Shown here piece after piece: positions 1 through 10,600 of a DNA stretch of 64,000 nt. How positions within the stretch are numbered: the first letter of the stretch is position 1; each line of letters starts with the position of its first letter. This DNA comes from a virus. The translations under genes were made by a program, and so were the position numbers. The stretch spans positions 111,850 to 175,849 of IMG/VR virus record IMGVR_UViG_3300027668_002455. The stretch is one strand, 5' to 3'. The notes under the pieces were generated by a model. That model ran no database searches and was not told the DNA's origin. It worked only from the letters and a program-made list of their open reading frames with translations.

Positions 1-2309
1 TGTTGACCATATAAATTAGTTTGCTCGGAGTTAACTAGTGGCCCAAACGCGGGCGGCGTTGGAACAGGTTTCTCACTAGACTCTGACTCCCACGGGGGAG
101 GAGATTCCCCACCGGGACCCGGAGGTTGATTACCACCACCGCCCCCTTGATCATCACAGTCTTGAGAGTAAGGGTCACAGGGCGGAACCGGTTCGGCGTA
201 CGGGGGTTCGTTGGGCGGGTTTCCCGTCGGACAAATCGGTGGCTGTGGAGGGCCACCCGGCGATGTTGGTGGATGACCAGCGGAAGCTGCCGCCATTTGT
301 ACACACGGGTTATTATCATATCTTCCAGAAGCTGCCGTTCTATCAATATTGTTAAAATTAGTATTTCCAGCCAGCCCCGATGATAACACTTGCGTGGTAA
401 GAAAACAATTAATCAGATCAGGTTGAAAATTAGGAGAATTGACATCCAAATATTCCCAGTGACCGCTAAAATAAAACAAGAACGCCTGCTCACAACCACT
501 TAGGTAGTAAAGCGGAGAATCCCCCCTATCCTTCTTCGCTTGATAATCTTCCATGCAGGTTTGAACATTAGGGCCTGCTGTTGGATACCAAACACTTATA
601 GGTGCAGGGTCGATCCCTGTGATTTCACACCCCGAAATTCCGCTCATGTACCAATTCTGCACCGCGCTATTAACTGGGCGATAACCTAAATTACTTGAAA
701 CATTCGGCATCATCATTGAGTCAGATGAACCCTCATTGACAAGTACCCCGCTACTGTATGTAACCCCCGTCATTATGCCGCTCTCTAGAAGGCCAGTTAT
801 AGGGATATTAATATACCCACTTGGTCGTACCACAATACCCGAAATATAACCTGTAATTACGCCCGTGCCTGAAGCTAATCCGGTTACTACATAACCACTA
901 AACCCCGTATCTAAAACAGTATTGAAACCAGTAACACCGCTTATTGCACCGCTGATCCCACTTGATAAATATCCGGTCTGGGTCATCATTCGCGGCTCGG
1001 ACCCCACAGAAAAAACCTGTTCGGAACAGTTGCCCCAACACCCTGTGGTCTTATATACTCCAGAGTCATAGTTGCCTGTCTCTAAAAGATAGTGGGGCCA
1101 GAGACCTATACTATTATTTGTGACACCCGCTTGCATGCGTGTTGTCTCTGGGGCAAAAGGAGAAACATAATATTTATTATCAGAAATATAATAACCTGTT
1201 AATTCTCCATCAATATTTTCATTTTGTTTAATTCTAATGGGCCCAGTTCTAGCTGTGGCAGGGGTGTATCCTGTTAAGGCAAAAATCTCTGCGCCCGACT
1301 TAGGAAGAAACAGTCCAGTTGCTCCCTCTCCAGCAAACGCTACTAGATAACCAGCTTCATCATCATAAGTTCCAGTAGTATTTAAAAATTGTCCCTGTGT
1401 CCAGTGCATCAATTCGGGTAAAAAATACCTACCCGATATCGTCATTGCTCTTCCTGAAAAACCTATACCATTGTTACAATCATCCTCTGGAAACCAAGTG
1501 CATCCAGTAATTTTTATACTCGGTTTAATTTTTCCTACAGAAGGTTGGCTTTTTAAATTTCCGCTTGAAAGAATCTGAACGTGACCGTAAAAATTTCCAG
1601 ATGGTAACGTAAAACTAATTCCTGTATTATTAATTTTTTCAAAGGGTAGATAAACAGTAACATCGCCCGTAGTATTAGCATAAACACCCGTTACAGATTG
1701 ATATATAAAAATATTATTAGTGTTGTCTCCTGTAAATCCAACCCCAGTTACCCCCGTCGGTTCTTGCCAATAACCTGATTCATTTTGAGTAAAACCAGTG
1801 GTACTCAATAAGGCTAAACCGCTAGCAGATAAAAGGCCATCTCCCACTACATAAGCTGTGTCCCCCGATATACCTGAAAGTGGACTCAGATAATTAATCA
1901 TCGGTATAGCAGTGAAACGTTCTCCACTAATTCCGGAGGCATACCCAGTAACGTTTCTGGATGTAGAGATTACCGTGATGGGGGCCGGATAACCATATTT
2001 AACCCATTGATCTTTTGGCTGTAATCCGGTTATGGTGTCAATAGAGGGAACGGTAAATTGTATTGTATTTTTGTTTACAACTTCATACTCAGCCGAAGTT
2101 CCACTTACTAGAATATTTAATCCACCATAGACAGCATTCCCAGTTGGGTCACCCGAAGCTCCCGAAGCTAGTCCAGTAGGTGCCCATCCTGTTATGCCAC
2201 TAGTATAAACTCCGCCAACCCTAACATCATTAATCTTAAAGAATTTACTACCCGAGCCAGAGATTGTAACTTGGCTTTTGAGATTTCCAGTTGGAGGAAG
2301 AATTACCAT
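1..2309 (-). CDS. Large virion protein (partial, runs off left edge), IPT/TIG-like, SG/TG-rich, with a Pro/Gly/Cys-rich segment
   Basis: Absent from the ORF track because no stop lies in the window. ATG at 2309 directly follows the previous stop. Hand translation: MVILPPTGNLKSQVTISGSGSKFFKINDVRVGG...INYLSPLSGISGDTAYVVGDG at the start and ...PPTSPGGPPQPPICPTGNPPNEPP...EQTNLYGQ at the edge, in the same frame; the middle was not checked codon by codon. Confidence 0.8.
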   Translation of the reverse strand, partial: MVILPPTGNLKSQVTISGSGSKFFKINDVRVGGVYTSGITGWAPTGLASGASGDPTGNAVYGGLNILVSGTSAEYEVVNKNTIQFTVPSIDTITGLQPKDQWVKYGYPAPITVISTSRNVTGYASGISGERFTAIPMINYLSPLSGISGDTAYVVGDGLLSASGLALLSTTGFTQNESGYWQEPTGVTGVGFTGDNTNNIFIYQSVTGVYANTTGDVTVYLPFEKINNTGISFTLPSGNFYGHVQILSSGNLKSQPSVGKIKPSIKITGCTWFPEDDCNNGIGFSGRAMTISGRYFLPELMHWTQGQFLNTTGTYDDEAGYLVAFAGEGATGLFLPKSGAEIFALTGYTPATARTGPIRIKQNENIDGELTGYYISDNKYYVSPFAPETTRMQAGVTNNSIGLWPHYLLETGNYDSGVYKTTGCWGNCSEQVFSVGSEPRMMTQTGYLSSGISGAISGVTGFNTVLDTGFSGYVVTGLASGTGVITGYISGIVVRPSGYINIPITGLLESGIMTGVTYSSGVLVNEGSSDSMMMPNVSSNLGYRPVNSAVQNWYMSGISGCEITGIDPAPISVWYPTAGPNVQTCMEDYQAKKDRGDSPLYYLSGCEQAFLFYFSGHWEYLDVNSPNFQPDLINCFLTTQVLSSGLAGNTNFNNIDRTAASGRYDNNPCVQMAAASAGHPPTSPGGPPQPPICPTGNPPNEPPYAEPVPPCDPYSQDCDDQGGGGGNQPPGPGGESPPPWESESSEKPVPTPPAFGPLVNSEQTNLYGQ

Positions 2310-2312
2310 TTT

Positions 2313-3470
2313 TTAGAATCCTCCATCTTGTACTGTGAATATGCCGGGCATGCCGTCTCCGTAGTTTGTGGCGGCTCCCAATTTTGCATCACCACCGGGG
2401 GACTTTAAGCCCACTCGACAGGTAATGGCCTCATCCGGTATGGTCGTAACAATTGTGGTTGGGGTATGTGTCGTAAAGTGAGTGTACTCTCTTTTTTCAT
2501 CTCCGAAAGTTACTTCTGTTACATTTTCTAAAGCGGCTCCTGAAATAGTTATAGTTGCCCCCACTACTCCAGCAGTCGGAGTAAAGGAAGTAATTGCCGG
2601 GGCATTCTGATATTTTTCTTGGCTTAATGAAAGGGTGGTGGTAATTTTTTCACCTGCTGTTACATTTATGTTATGTGCTTTTAAGGCTCCTCGGATTTTA
2701 TAAGACTGCCCCGTAATGCCATTTGAATTACTAAAACCAACAAGCAATTCTCCCTCGGCTATTCCACTAAAAAATTTATCATTTAAATAATTTTGTTGCT
2801 CTGTATCACTAGTGAAGTCACCTACCCCTTCGTCCCACGAAGGTAAGGCATAGCCATTGATGCTGGCGTCAATAGTTTTCTTATTAAATCGCAACTCTCT
2901 AGGTACTGCGTCTCCGACTGTATAAACTGGTTGCACATTACTTGAGAAAGAAAAAGAAACACTAGTGGAAGCTTTGACCTGTTCGGTTTCTCCATCCTCG
3001 TGAGGGGTTACTCCGGAGATTTGTGTTAATTTACAATCGGTGTAAGTTAAGATATCTGCGTCTAGAGTTTCTCGAGTGGGGGCAAACCTCCCCCTAAGGC
3101 CTCCATAAAAAGCAATAGTAGCACTAATCATAGCAGGGCCAAATGGAGGGACCTCAAAAGAGTAGCTATTTAGAACCCCGCTTGAAAAAGAAAGTCCAGC
3201 AAAATTTCCAGATATGAGATTATCAGACTCCATGAAGTTGGCCAGAAAATCTTCCCCTGTTAGATAATAACTTAAGGAAAGGTTTCCGTCGATTCCCCCT
3301 CCAGCTAGATAACCAAAGCTACTTCGATTAGGTAGGAGGTCAATTGCTTTTAGGTTATTAGTTAAAGAAATTGCTAAATTTTCGACATAGATTGGAACTG
3401 CTGCACCCCAAGACCCCCCGGCATAGCTCGCTAGCTCTAATTTGGCATTATTATAATTATAATAAGACAT
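2313..3470 (-). CDS. Tail-tube-like structural protein with C-terminal IPT/TIG (Ig-like) domain
   Basis: C-terminus APAITSFTPTAGVVGATITISGAALENVTEVTFG is IPT/TIG-like. The beta-rich N-terminus (LSLSYYL...LNSYSFEV...SATIAFYG) resembles the tube proteins at 29734 and 45712. Confidence 0.6.
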   Translation of the reverse strand: MSYYNYNNAKLELASYAGGSWGAAVPIYVENLAISLTNNLKAIDLLPNRSSFGYLAGGGIDGNLSLSYYLTGEDFLANFMESDNLISGNFAGLSFSSGVLNSYSFEVPPFGPAMISATIAFYGGLRGRFAPTRETLDADILTYTDCKLTQISGVTPHEDGETEQVKASTSVSFSFSSNVQPVYTVGDAVPRELRFNKKTIDASINGYALPSWDEGVGDFTSDTEQQNYLNDKFFSGIAEGELLVGFSNSNGITGQSYKIRGALKAHNINVTAGEKITTTLSLSQEKYQNAPAITSFTPTAGVVGATITISGAALENVTEVTFGDEKREYTHFTTHTPTTIVTTIPDEAITCRVGLKSPGGDAKLGAATNYGDGMPGIFTVQDGGF

Positions 3471-3508
3471 TCTTCCTTTTAACCTTTTACCTTAATAAAT
3501 TACACATT

Positions 3509-4291
3509 TTACACCAAAAGTTCTTCTTTTAAATTCTTATATTTCGTTAACTCCTTTTTTTGCCGATCTACGTCCCAAGGTCTCGAAACTGTTCCATTTC
3601 TTACGTTATAGTAGCAAGCGATGACACTATCTACGGGTACCGTTTTAATTCCTGAAGACTTAAACTCATCCCATAAGAACATATCTTCGTGAGCATCCAT
3701 TCCTTCATAAAATAACTGCCCATCATCTGGGATTATATCTGCATGCATTAAGGTGGTCCACGGGCCATATTTGCCTGTTTTTATGGAATCTGTAGCTTTT
3801 CTTAAATTTTTTTCACCGTTTTTACAGTGATACCAGCTTCCAACTAGGAATCCCTCATTAAGCTCTCGGGCTATCTCGGGCAGAGCAAGGGCTCTTTCTT
3901 GGGTAAAAAAATCATCTGCATCTGCTAAAAATACAGCTGGATAATCTTCTTTATACCCTAAAGTCTTCTCAATTATTCTATTTTTGGCTCCCGCCACTGT
4001 TTGTGCCTTTTTAAATTTAAATAGATTAAATTCTTTTGCAGAGCTATATTGTGAAAAAAAATTAACTATTTTATAAGTATCATCATCACTTTCATCATCA
4101 GCAAAGTGCATGACCCAATCCAGATTTTTCATAGCATTCTCAATAGAATTAAGAACAATTGGCAACCAATCCGAGGCATTTCTCGCGGAAATCACTACTT
4201 GACAACCTCTTTTTTCCCATAAATTTTTATTTTTAATTTTCTGGGCTTTTTGTTGGAAAATTTTCTGCCTCTCTGCCACACTCCGGATCAT
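3509..4291 (-). CDS. Glycosyltransferase family 2 (GT-A fold)
   Basis: VVISARNASDWL...ADDESDDDT...AKNR...FLADADD (DxD motif). Start moved to ATG 4291 to avoid overlapping the divergent gene. Confidence 0.8.
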   Translation of the reverse strand: MIRSVAERQKIFQQKAQKIKNKNLWEKRGCQVVISARNASDWLPIVLNSIENAMKNLDWVMHFADDESDDDTYKIVNFFSQYSSAKEFNLFKFKKAQTVAGAKNRIIEKTLGYKEDYPAVFLADADDFFTQERALALPEIARELNEGFLVGSWYHCKNGEKNLRKATDSIKTGKYGPWTTLMHADIIPDDGQLFYEGMDAHEDMFLWDEFKSSGIKTVPVDSVIACYYNVRNGTVSRPWDVDRQKKELTKYKNLKEELLV

Positions 4292-4356
4292 TATTATAAT
4301 AATAATTTTTCGAAAAATGACTAGAAAAAGTGTAAAACATAGAAGGGATAAGGTAT

Positions 4357-4887
4357 ATGGCATCAATATATGACACTATAGCTCGGTGGTACACAGAAAA
4401 TACTTATGTAAAAAACCACATTGTAGAATGGCCAGAGAATTCAAATGATTACTGGTACTCTCTAGAAGATAGTAATAAGAGCAACGAGCCGAGCATCGGA
4501 TCGCCAGTTTGGGGCGGATTCGGGACTACGGACATCCTTGGTATAACAAAGCCACAATTCTTTTGGCCCTGCTCCTATAACCAAAGTACGTCAATTTCAC
4601 CTCGTGTTTTAACCATTCGATATGGTGACGGATATACCCAAAGAATTCCTGATGGTATTAATAACAATCTATTAAATTTAGAGTTGTCTTTTGATGGGAG
4701 AGATGAACAAGAAACTTTAGCTATTATCCATTTTTTAAACGTACGTCGAGCCTCAGAGGCTTTTCTTTATACTCCACCAGCGCCCTTTGCAACGGAAAGG
4801 CTCTTCGTATGCAAAAAAATAACTTCAGCAGTAATCTTTCGCGATAATTTTAATATAAAAGTTTCTTTTGAAGAAGTTCCGGATTAG
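4357..4887 (+). CDS. Minor tail protein, lambda gpM-like (distal tail)
   Basis: IRYGDGYTQRIPDGINNN...LSF...IIHFL...AFLYTPP signature; first gene of the M-L-K-I-J order. Confidence 0.85.
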   Translation: MASIYDTIARWYTENTYVKNHIVEWPENSNDYWYSLEDSNKSNEPSIGSPVWGGFGTTDILGITKPQFFWPCSYNQSTSISPRVLTIRYGDGYTQRIPDGINNNLLNLELSFDGRDEQETLAIIHFLNVRRASEAFLYTPPAPFATERLFVCKKITSAVIFRDNFNIKVSFEEVPD

Positions 4888-4891
4888 CATT

Positions 4892-6100
4892 ATGGCTGAA
4901 GAATTTGTTAATCCTAAAAATGATAGCGGTGGCGCGGTGATTTCAAAATCACAGGCGCAAACGGCCATGAAGAACTTGCAGGCGGAAGCCACCTCTTTAT
5001 CGCCCACTGCTTTAATAGAATTATTTGAAATAGATTTAAGTGATATACTTAGTCCTGATAAACTAATAGATCGAGAAGAATTTAATGCATTAAATGTATT
5101 TCTGGGAGGCTCGCTAGAAGTGAATATACATAATCCCGAAATAAATTTATTTAGATTTCATAATAACTTAAAATTAATTTCAAGAAATATTTGGTTTCAA
5201 GATAACCTATATAAAGCTATACCCATACAAGCGGATGGCTTTGAAATGAACTCTAATGGTGTAGCCGCTACCCCCAAGCTAAGCTTAAGTGTTAGCACGG
5301 AAAAAAGTCCACCTCAATTTGCTATTTTTAAACATCTTCTTAAAGATCTTAATGATCTAGTGGGCGCTCGGGTAAACCGTATAAGAACTTTTGCAAAGTT
5401 TTTAGATTATAAAAATTGGTATGAATTAAAAGCAGACGGAACTCCCGATCTAAATAAAAGACTATATGAAGATATTCCTAAGAATATTGCTCCAGATGAA
5501 GGCTCTTATTTCCCCCCGGATGTTTTTTATATAGATAGAAAATCACACGAAGATAAATCATCTATCCAATTTGAATTAGCTTCTTTTATTAATTTTGAAG
5601 AGCTTCAAATTCCACAAAGAATTTTTAACGTGACCCGATGTCCATGGACGTACCGGGGACAGGGGTGTACTTACGAGTATTCCAGCATGGTAAGGGCACA
5701 ACGAACTTCAGAGCCATTTCAGATGTTTTACAAGACGATGATACCAACAAACGCTCCTCCTATAGCTACAGAAAATAATGAAACTATTTCAAGCATTGTA
5801 GAGGGATACACCCCCGAAACAACAAATACCCCCGTGCCGTGGGAGCCGGCTCTTAAATATCCCAAAAAAAGCACTGTCTATGTAACCCATAACAAAATAA
5901 ATTATTATTTTGTTTCGTCCGCAGATGTACCCGAAAACACACCACCCCCTGATAAAGATTATTGGGTAGCAGATGTGTGTGCAAAAGATCTGGGGGCATG
6001 TAAGTTAAGGTGGGACAAGAAACTCAACACTGCCCTACAAGGAAGCCCATATGGCGCCGCAATTCCTTTTGGCGGTTTTCCAGCAATTAAGCGTCAGTAA
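4892..6100 (+). CDS. Minor tail protein, lambda gpL-like (tail tip, 4 conserved Cys)
   Basis: IELFEIDL, PIQADGFE, DLVGARVNRIRTFAKFLD, CPWTYRGQGC, DVCAKDLGACKLRW, PFGGFP. Confidence 0.9.
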   Translation: MAEEFVNPKNDSGGAVISKSQAQTAMKNLQAEATSLSPTALIELFEIDLSDILSPDKLIDREEFNALNVFLGGSLEVNIHNPEINLFRFHNNLKLISRNIWFQDNLYKAIPIQADGFEMNSNGVAATPKLSLSVSTEKSPPQFAIFKHLLKDLNDLVGARVNRIRTFAKFLDYKNWYELKADGTPDLNKRLYEDIPKNIAPDEGSYFPPDVFYIDRKSHEDKSSIQFELASFINFEELQIPQRIFNVTRCPWTYRGQGCTYEYSSMVRAQRTSEPFQMFYKTMIPTNAPPIATENNETISSIVEGYTPETTNTPVPWEPALKYPKKSTVYVTHNKINYYFVSSADVPENTPPPDKDYWVADVCAKDLGACKLRWDKKLNTALQGSPYGAAIPFGGFPAIKRQ

Positions 6101-6101
6101 A

Positions 6102-6854
6102 ATGATACTCACAAAAAAAAATAAAGAGAAAATAAAAAAACATGCCCGCGAGGAAAGCCCCCGGGAATGTTGCGGGGTATTAGTGTCTACTAACAAGGGT
6201 ACTGAAGCGCACCCGTGCATTAATACCTCTTCTTTGCCTGAGTCTAATTTTAGAGTTTCTCCACGAGATTATATAAAATTTTCTAATTATGGAAAAATAG
6301 AAGCCATCTATCATTCTCACCCGTCAGGGAAAGGAGGCTTCTCCTTGGGAGATCAACAAAATTATACAGTAAATAAAGAAAGATTTATATTATATAATAT
6401 AGAAAGTGATGAATTTTTTGATTCACTAGAAGAAGGGGCATCTCCTTACTTAGGGAGAGACTTCGAACTTGGAAAAACGGATTGTATAAATATAGTTATA
6501 GACTATTATTTAAATGAACTTAAAATAAAAAGCAACTACGACGAATGTTGGCCCGGACCAAAACACTATATTAAGAAAAACGGTTCCTCCAATGTAAAAA
6601 AAGTTGTTCGTTCAATTGAAAAAGTATGGAGTGTAGGACGTATTAAAAAATCAGAAACTCCGCGCAAACATGATATTATTTTGTATAAGGCTGACGGCAT
6701 AAGGTCGGAAGTAGGGCTGCATTTAGGCGTTTGTATAGGCCACGGAAAAATTATTATTCAACCAGTTGATAAAAAATCATGCCTAATTGATTATGAAGGA
6801 TTTCTAAAGAAAAAAACAATTATGATATTTAGACCAAATTCTGCAAATGAATAA
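6102..6854 (+). CDS. Tail assembly protein, lambda gpK-like (JAB/MPN + NlpC/P60)
   Basis: HAREESPRECCG, YHSHP...S..D, G.TDC, H.GVCIG. Confidence 0.9.
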   Translation: MILTKKNKEKIKKHAREESPRECCGVLVSTNKGTEAHPCINTSSLPESNFRVSPRDYIKFSNYGKIEAIYHSHPSGKGGFSLGDQQNYTVNKERFILYNIESDEFFDSLEEGASPYLGRDFELGKTDCINIVIDYYLNELKIKSNYDECWPGPKHYIKKNGSSNVKKVVRSIEKVWSVGRIKKSETPRKHDIILYKADGIRSEVGLHLGVCIGHGKIIIQPVDKKSCLIDYEGFLKKKTIMIFRPNSANE

Positions 6855-7644
6855 ATTAGTAAAAATAAAAATGCATGGCATTTTTGGCGAAAGAATCGGA
6901 AAGGAATTCAATTTAGCGGTGAAGTCTGTTCCAGAAGCCTTTCATGCTATCAATACGATAACAAATGGCGCTTGGCAAAGATTTCAGTGCGATATGGTTA
7001 ACGACTCTCTAAAGTATAACATCTTAGTTAACGAAAAAGAATTAAATTTAAATGAACTAGATAACTTAGATTCAAATAGTACAAGGGAAGATGAAAATAT
7101 CAATTTAATAAAAAACTCTGAATTAAACTTGATCCCTAAAGAGGGTTTAAAATCTATAGATATAGTGCCCAGTGTTGAGGGCCAAATGGGCTGGATTGCT
7201 GCCACGATTGCTCTTATCATAATAACGACAATAATCACACTAGCATTAATGAAGCCCCCAGCGTTTAAGAGCTTTAAGGAAATTGAAGACACAAAAAAGG
7301 GGTCATCTTACCTTTTTGATGGTCCCAAAAATACAGTAAACGAAGGGGGGCCAATTCCGCTTGGCTATGGAAGAGTTATGGCGGGATCTCAAGTTATAGC
7401 TCAGAGTTATTCGGTTTACCATCAAGACGCCACTGATAGCTCTCTAGATTCAAACGGAGCACCGACACCAATACAAGGTTATGATGCCTATGATGAAACG
7501 GAGCTTTGGGAGAATATGGGGTATCCCGGCATCTTTAATATGACGTCATATTTAGAGGCAAAAAATCTAAACAAACCTTTTCTAGGGGAATATGATCCCA
7601 ATGCCCTTGGTACACGGATCGGAAAAAAATTTATTGGTCTTTAG
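6847..7644 (+). CDS. Tail assembly protein, lambda gpI-like
   Basis: IKMHGIFGERIGKEFNLAVKSVPEA, IDIVP, hydrophobic stretch, SYLFDGPKNT...GPIPLGYGRVMAGSQVI. Confidence 0.9.
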   Translation: MNKLVKIKMHGIFGERIGKEFNLAVKSVPEAFHAINTITNGAWQRFQCDMVNDSLKYNILVNEKELNLNELDNLDSNSTREDENINLIKNSELNLIPKEGLKSIDIVPSVEGQMGWIAATIALIIITTIITLALMKPPAFKSFKEIEDTKKGSSYLFDGPKNTVNEGGPIPLGYGRVMAGSQVIAQSYSVYHQDATDSSLDSNGAPTPIQGYDAYDETELWENMGYPGIFNMTSYLEAKNLNKPFLGEYDPNALGTRIGKKFIGL

Positions 7645-7673
7645 ACTAAAAAATATAATAAGGAATTTAACAA

Positions 7674-10600
7674 ATGGCTAATGCAGAACCCGGAATTATA
7701 GTAGACGGCATTAAGAAAAAATCTATTTCTAATATAGAAACTATTGACTTAATAGCAGAAGGACCCATTGAAGGACCCGTTAAGCAGGAGTACGACTATG
7801 TAGGAACACTGGGGGCAACTGGTTGGGATACGGTAAATGCCCAGCCCGAAAAAAACTTCTTATCCTCTTTATATCTTAATGACACCCCTGTCATGGATGA
7901 GCAGGGTCTTTATAATTTTCAAAACATAGAAGTAGCTATTACAAAAGGTCAACCAAACGGTGGGATTGGAAACGCTCAATACTTCAATGACTGGGACATG
8001 CACGAGGCGGGTGTGGATTATTGGAAAGGTAATTCCCCAGCTTCGTTCAATATTAATGTCAGCCCCGACACTGAGCAAAATCCCGAACAGTATCAAAACT
8101 GTGAACTTACAAAAGTTATTAACCCCAATCCTCGTTCGGTTTCTACCTATCGTCAGAAACAAGCTGTTTTATCTCTGGGGTCCGGGTATCCGGAAAGGTC
8201 GAGCTCCGCTGCATATGGTGAGTACTCTGTAAAAATGCCGCCAAGTGCTGCACTAGTAGTACGTGACCCGGTGCTTGGTGATGACCTTTATAATTTTTGG
8301 CCGCGACAAGGGGGCTTTGTCGCTACGGAGGAAGAAGATTATACTCCTGAGGAGATAATCGAAGCACAAAACAAACAAGCGTTCACGTTTGAAGCGCAGG
8401 TTCAAGGGTCAGACTCAAACGGGCCGCAAGTGTTAGCGGGCAAGGGAAATCCGAATTACCCGGGAGGGTGGGTACTTATGATGGTTCCTAGTAACGAGGC
8501 ACTAGATGATGATGGTAATTTTTATTTTAAAGTTACCTTTATCAACAACAACATATCACTTGACACAGGTCATGTAATGCAATTTGGGGTTTGGTCTCAC
8601 GTTGCGGTGTGCCTCAGTGAAAGAGCAGTTAAAATTTTTATTAACGGTGTTGAGCAGACAGGCGGTGGCAAGAATTATCCCAATATAAAACTTTCTAGCC
8701 CCACAGACCTTTTTCTGGGTAGGCATCCTGACGGCTCAACTAACCCCTTAAGGAATGTATTTTTAGATAATATATGCATGTCAAATAGGGCAAAGTATGC
8801 AACTAATTTTACCCCGGGGAAAGTTGAGCCCAATGATAGTACTCTATTTTTAATAGATGGGGAAGATTGGCGCTTTGAAGGTGAAGTACCAATAATTCCT
8901 CAAGATGATTCTATAGAAATTAATACTATGCTGCGAGGCACCTTAGTTAACGATCAAAGGTTTGTATTACAAAGTAACCAGATTTTAAAAGATCTCAACA
9001 CAGCTGCAAACGCCACGTTTTATGACTTTAGTTGTGTAAATGCTAAATTACTAAAAAATAATACTCCCCAGTATGACACTACGATTACTGATCCCGGTGG
9101 GGGCTCAACACCAAGCATATATTTTGATGGAACCGAAGGTCTTGCAAACGAAGGTACATTACAAAATACAAGTCGAATGGTGGATTCTTTAACTCCGCAT
9201 GCAGAGGTATTTCTTAACCCCAACTACTACAACTATACCACAAATGGTAGTCGTGAGTGGTTATTTGAAACGTGGATTTATCCCGCTTCGATGTCCAATG
9301 GGGATGAACAGTTTGTTGCGGGTCTAATGAGAGGCGATGGAACTTCTGCCCCATGGATGCTAACAACGAAACACGAATCTGGCGCTACTAAAATTTATTG
9401 GTCGTGCGTAGATATTACCGATGAATCTGTCAAGCAGCTTTCAGGATCAATTTCAACGGCAAGCTGGAATCATGTTCAGGTTATATATAATGGTAGTTAT
9501 TGTAGACTTTTTGTGGATGGAATACAGGTAGACACACGTGGAATCATCCCTTCGCACGAAACCCTCAATGAGGATACTCGCTTTTGCATTGCCCGTTCAC
9601 ATCCGAACGTAATAATGGATAGTTTTAAAGGATATATATTCAATGCAAGAATACTGGGAGGCGAGTCCATCGCTCCAGTGGAAACAGGGAACACCTCTGT
9701 TTGGAGGAAGATTACGGCTATGGGTCCGAGTGTGCCAACAGCGGCGTTTACATCCACGACCAACTGCAAACTACTACTCCATTCAAACACTACGGATGGC
9801 TCCACTACGTTCACTGATTCAACTGGTAATTATAGCATAGGCAGATTTGGAAACGCCGTAAATTCAACGACTAAGAAAAAGTTTGGGACATCTTCGATTT
9901 ATTTTGATGGATGGAACGATGGCGGCGAACTCGCGTCATCGCTCTATATAGACACTACTGCGGGACAACTTGGCGTAGGCGTATATACAGTTGAGATGTG
10001 GTTTAACACTAGCAAGTCCGGCCTGCAGTATTTGATATCCAGAAATTCCAGCCAACAATATGGTGGGCTTTGTATCAGTCCAGAGAGTAACTATATACAA
10101 TGGGGCGGGAATTGTACTGGTCCAGTCTTGCATGCGAGCGGTGTGACCATTAATCTAAACACTTGGCACCACGTTGCAGTAGTAAGTAATGGTAAAGGAA
10201 ACAGCGCCCACATCTACTTTGACGGGGTTCAGGTTGGACACACTTCGTCTTGGGATAATTGGGGTTATCCGACTGCATCACACCGGATCACCATTGGCGC
10301 ACAGACTTATAATGGCGCTCGACCTCGTTACCTTTTTGAGGGCTACATAGATGAAATTCGTTGGAGTGACGTACCTCGTTATTCGCCTCAGGAGAATTAT
10401 GCCACATTGAGCTCCACAGACTTCGCAGGTTGCGGCGTGTTGGGCGATGGCAATTTATCCTTTACAGATGCAAGTGGGCACTGTGCAGCGAGGTCGACCC
10501 AAACCATCGCTCCGGGTAAGGGTAAAATCTACTTTGAAGTCCTGTGTATTGACGCTGCCAGTATCTGGTCCAGTCCGCCCGCCATCGGGGTCATGGGTGT

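Noticed and set aside
35-383. ORF-track calls 35..346 and 126..383
   Set aside because: They are alternative frames of the GC-rich Pro/Gly segment of the long minus-strand gene starting at 2309.
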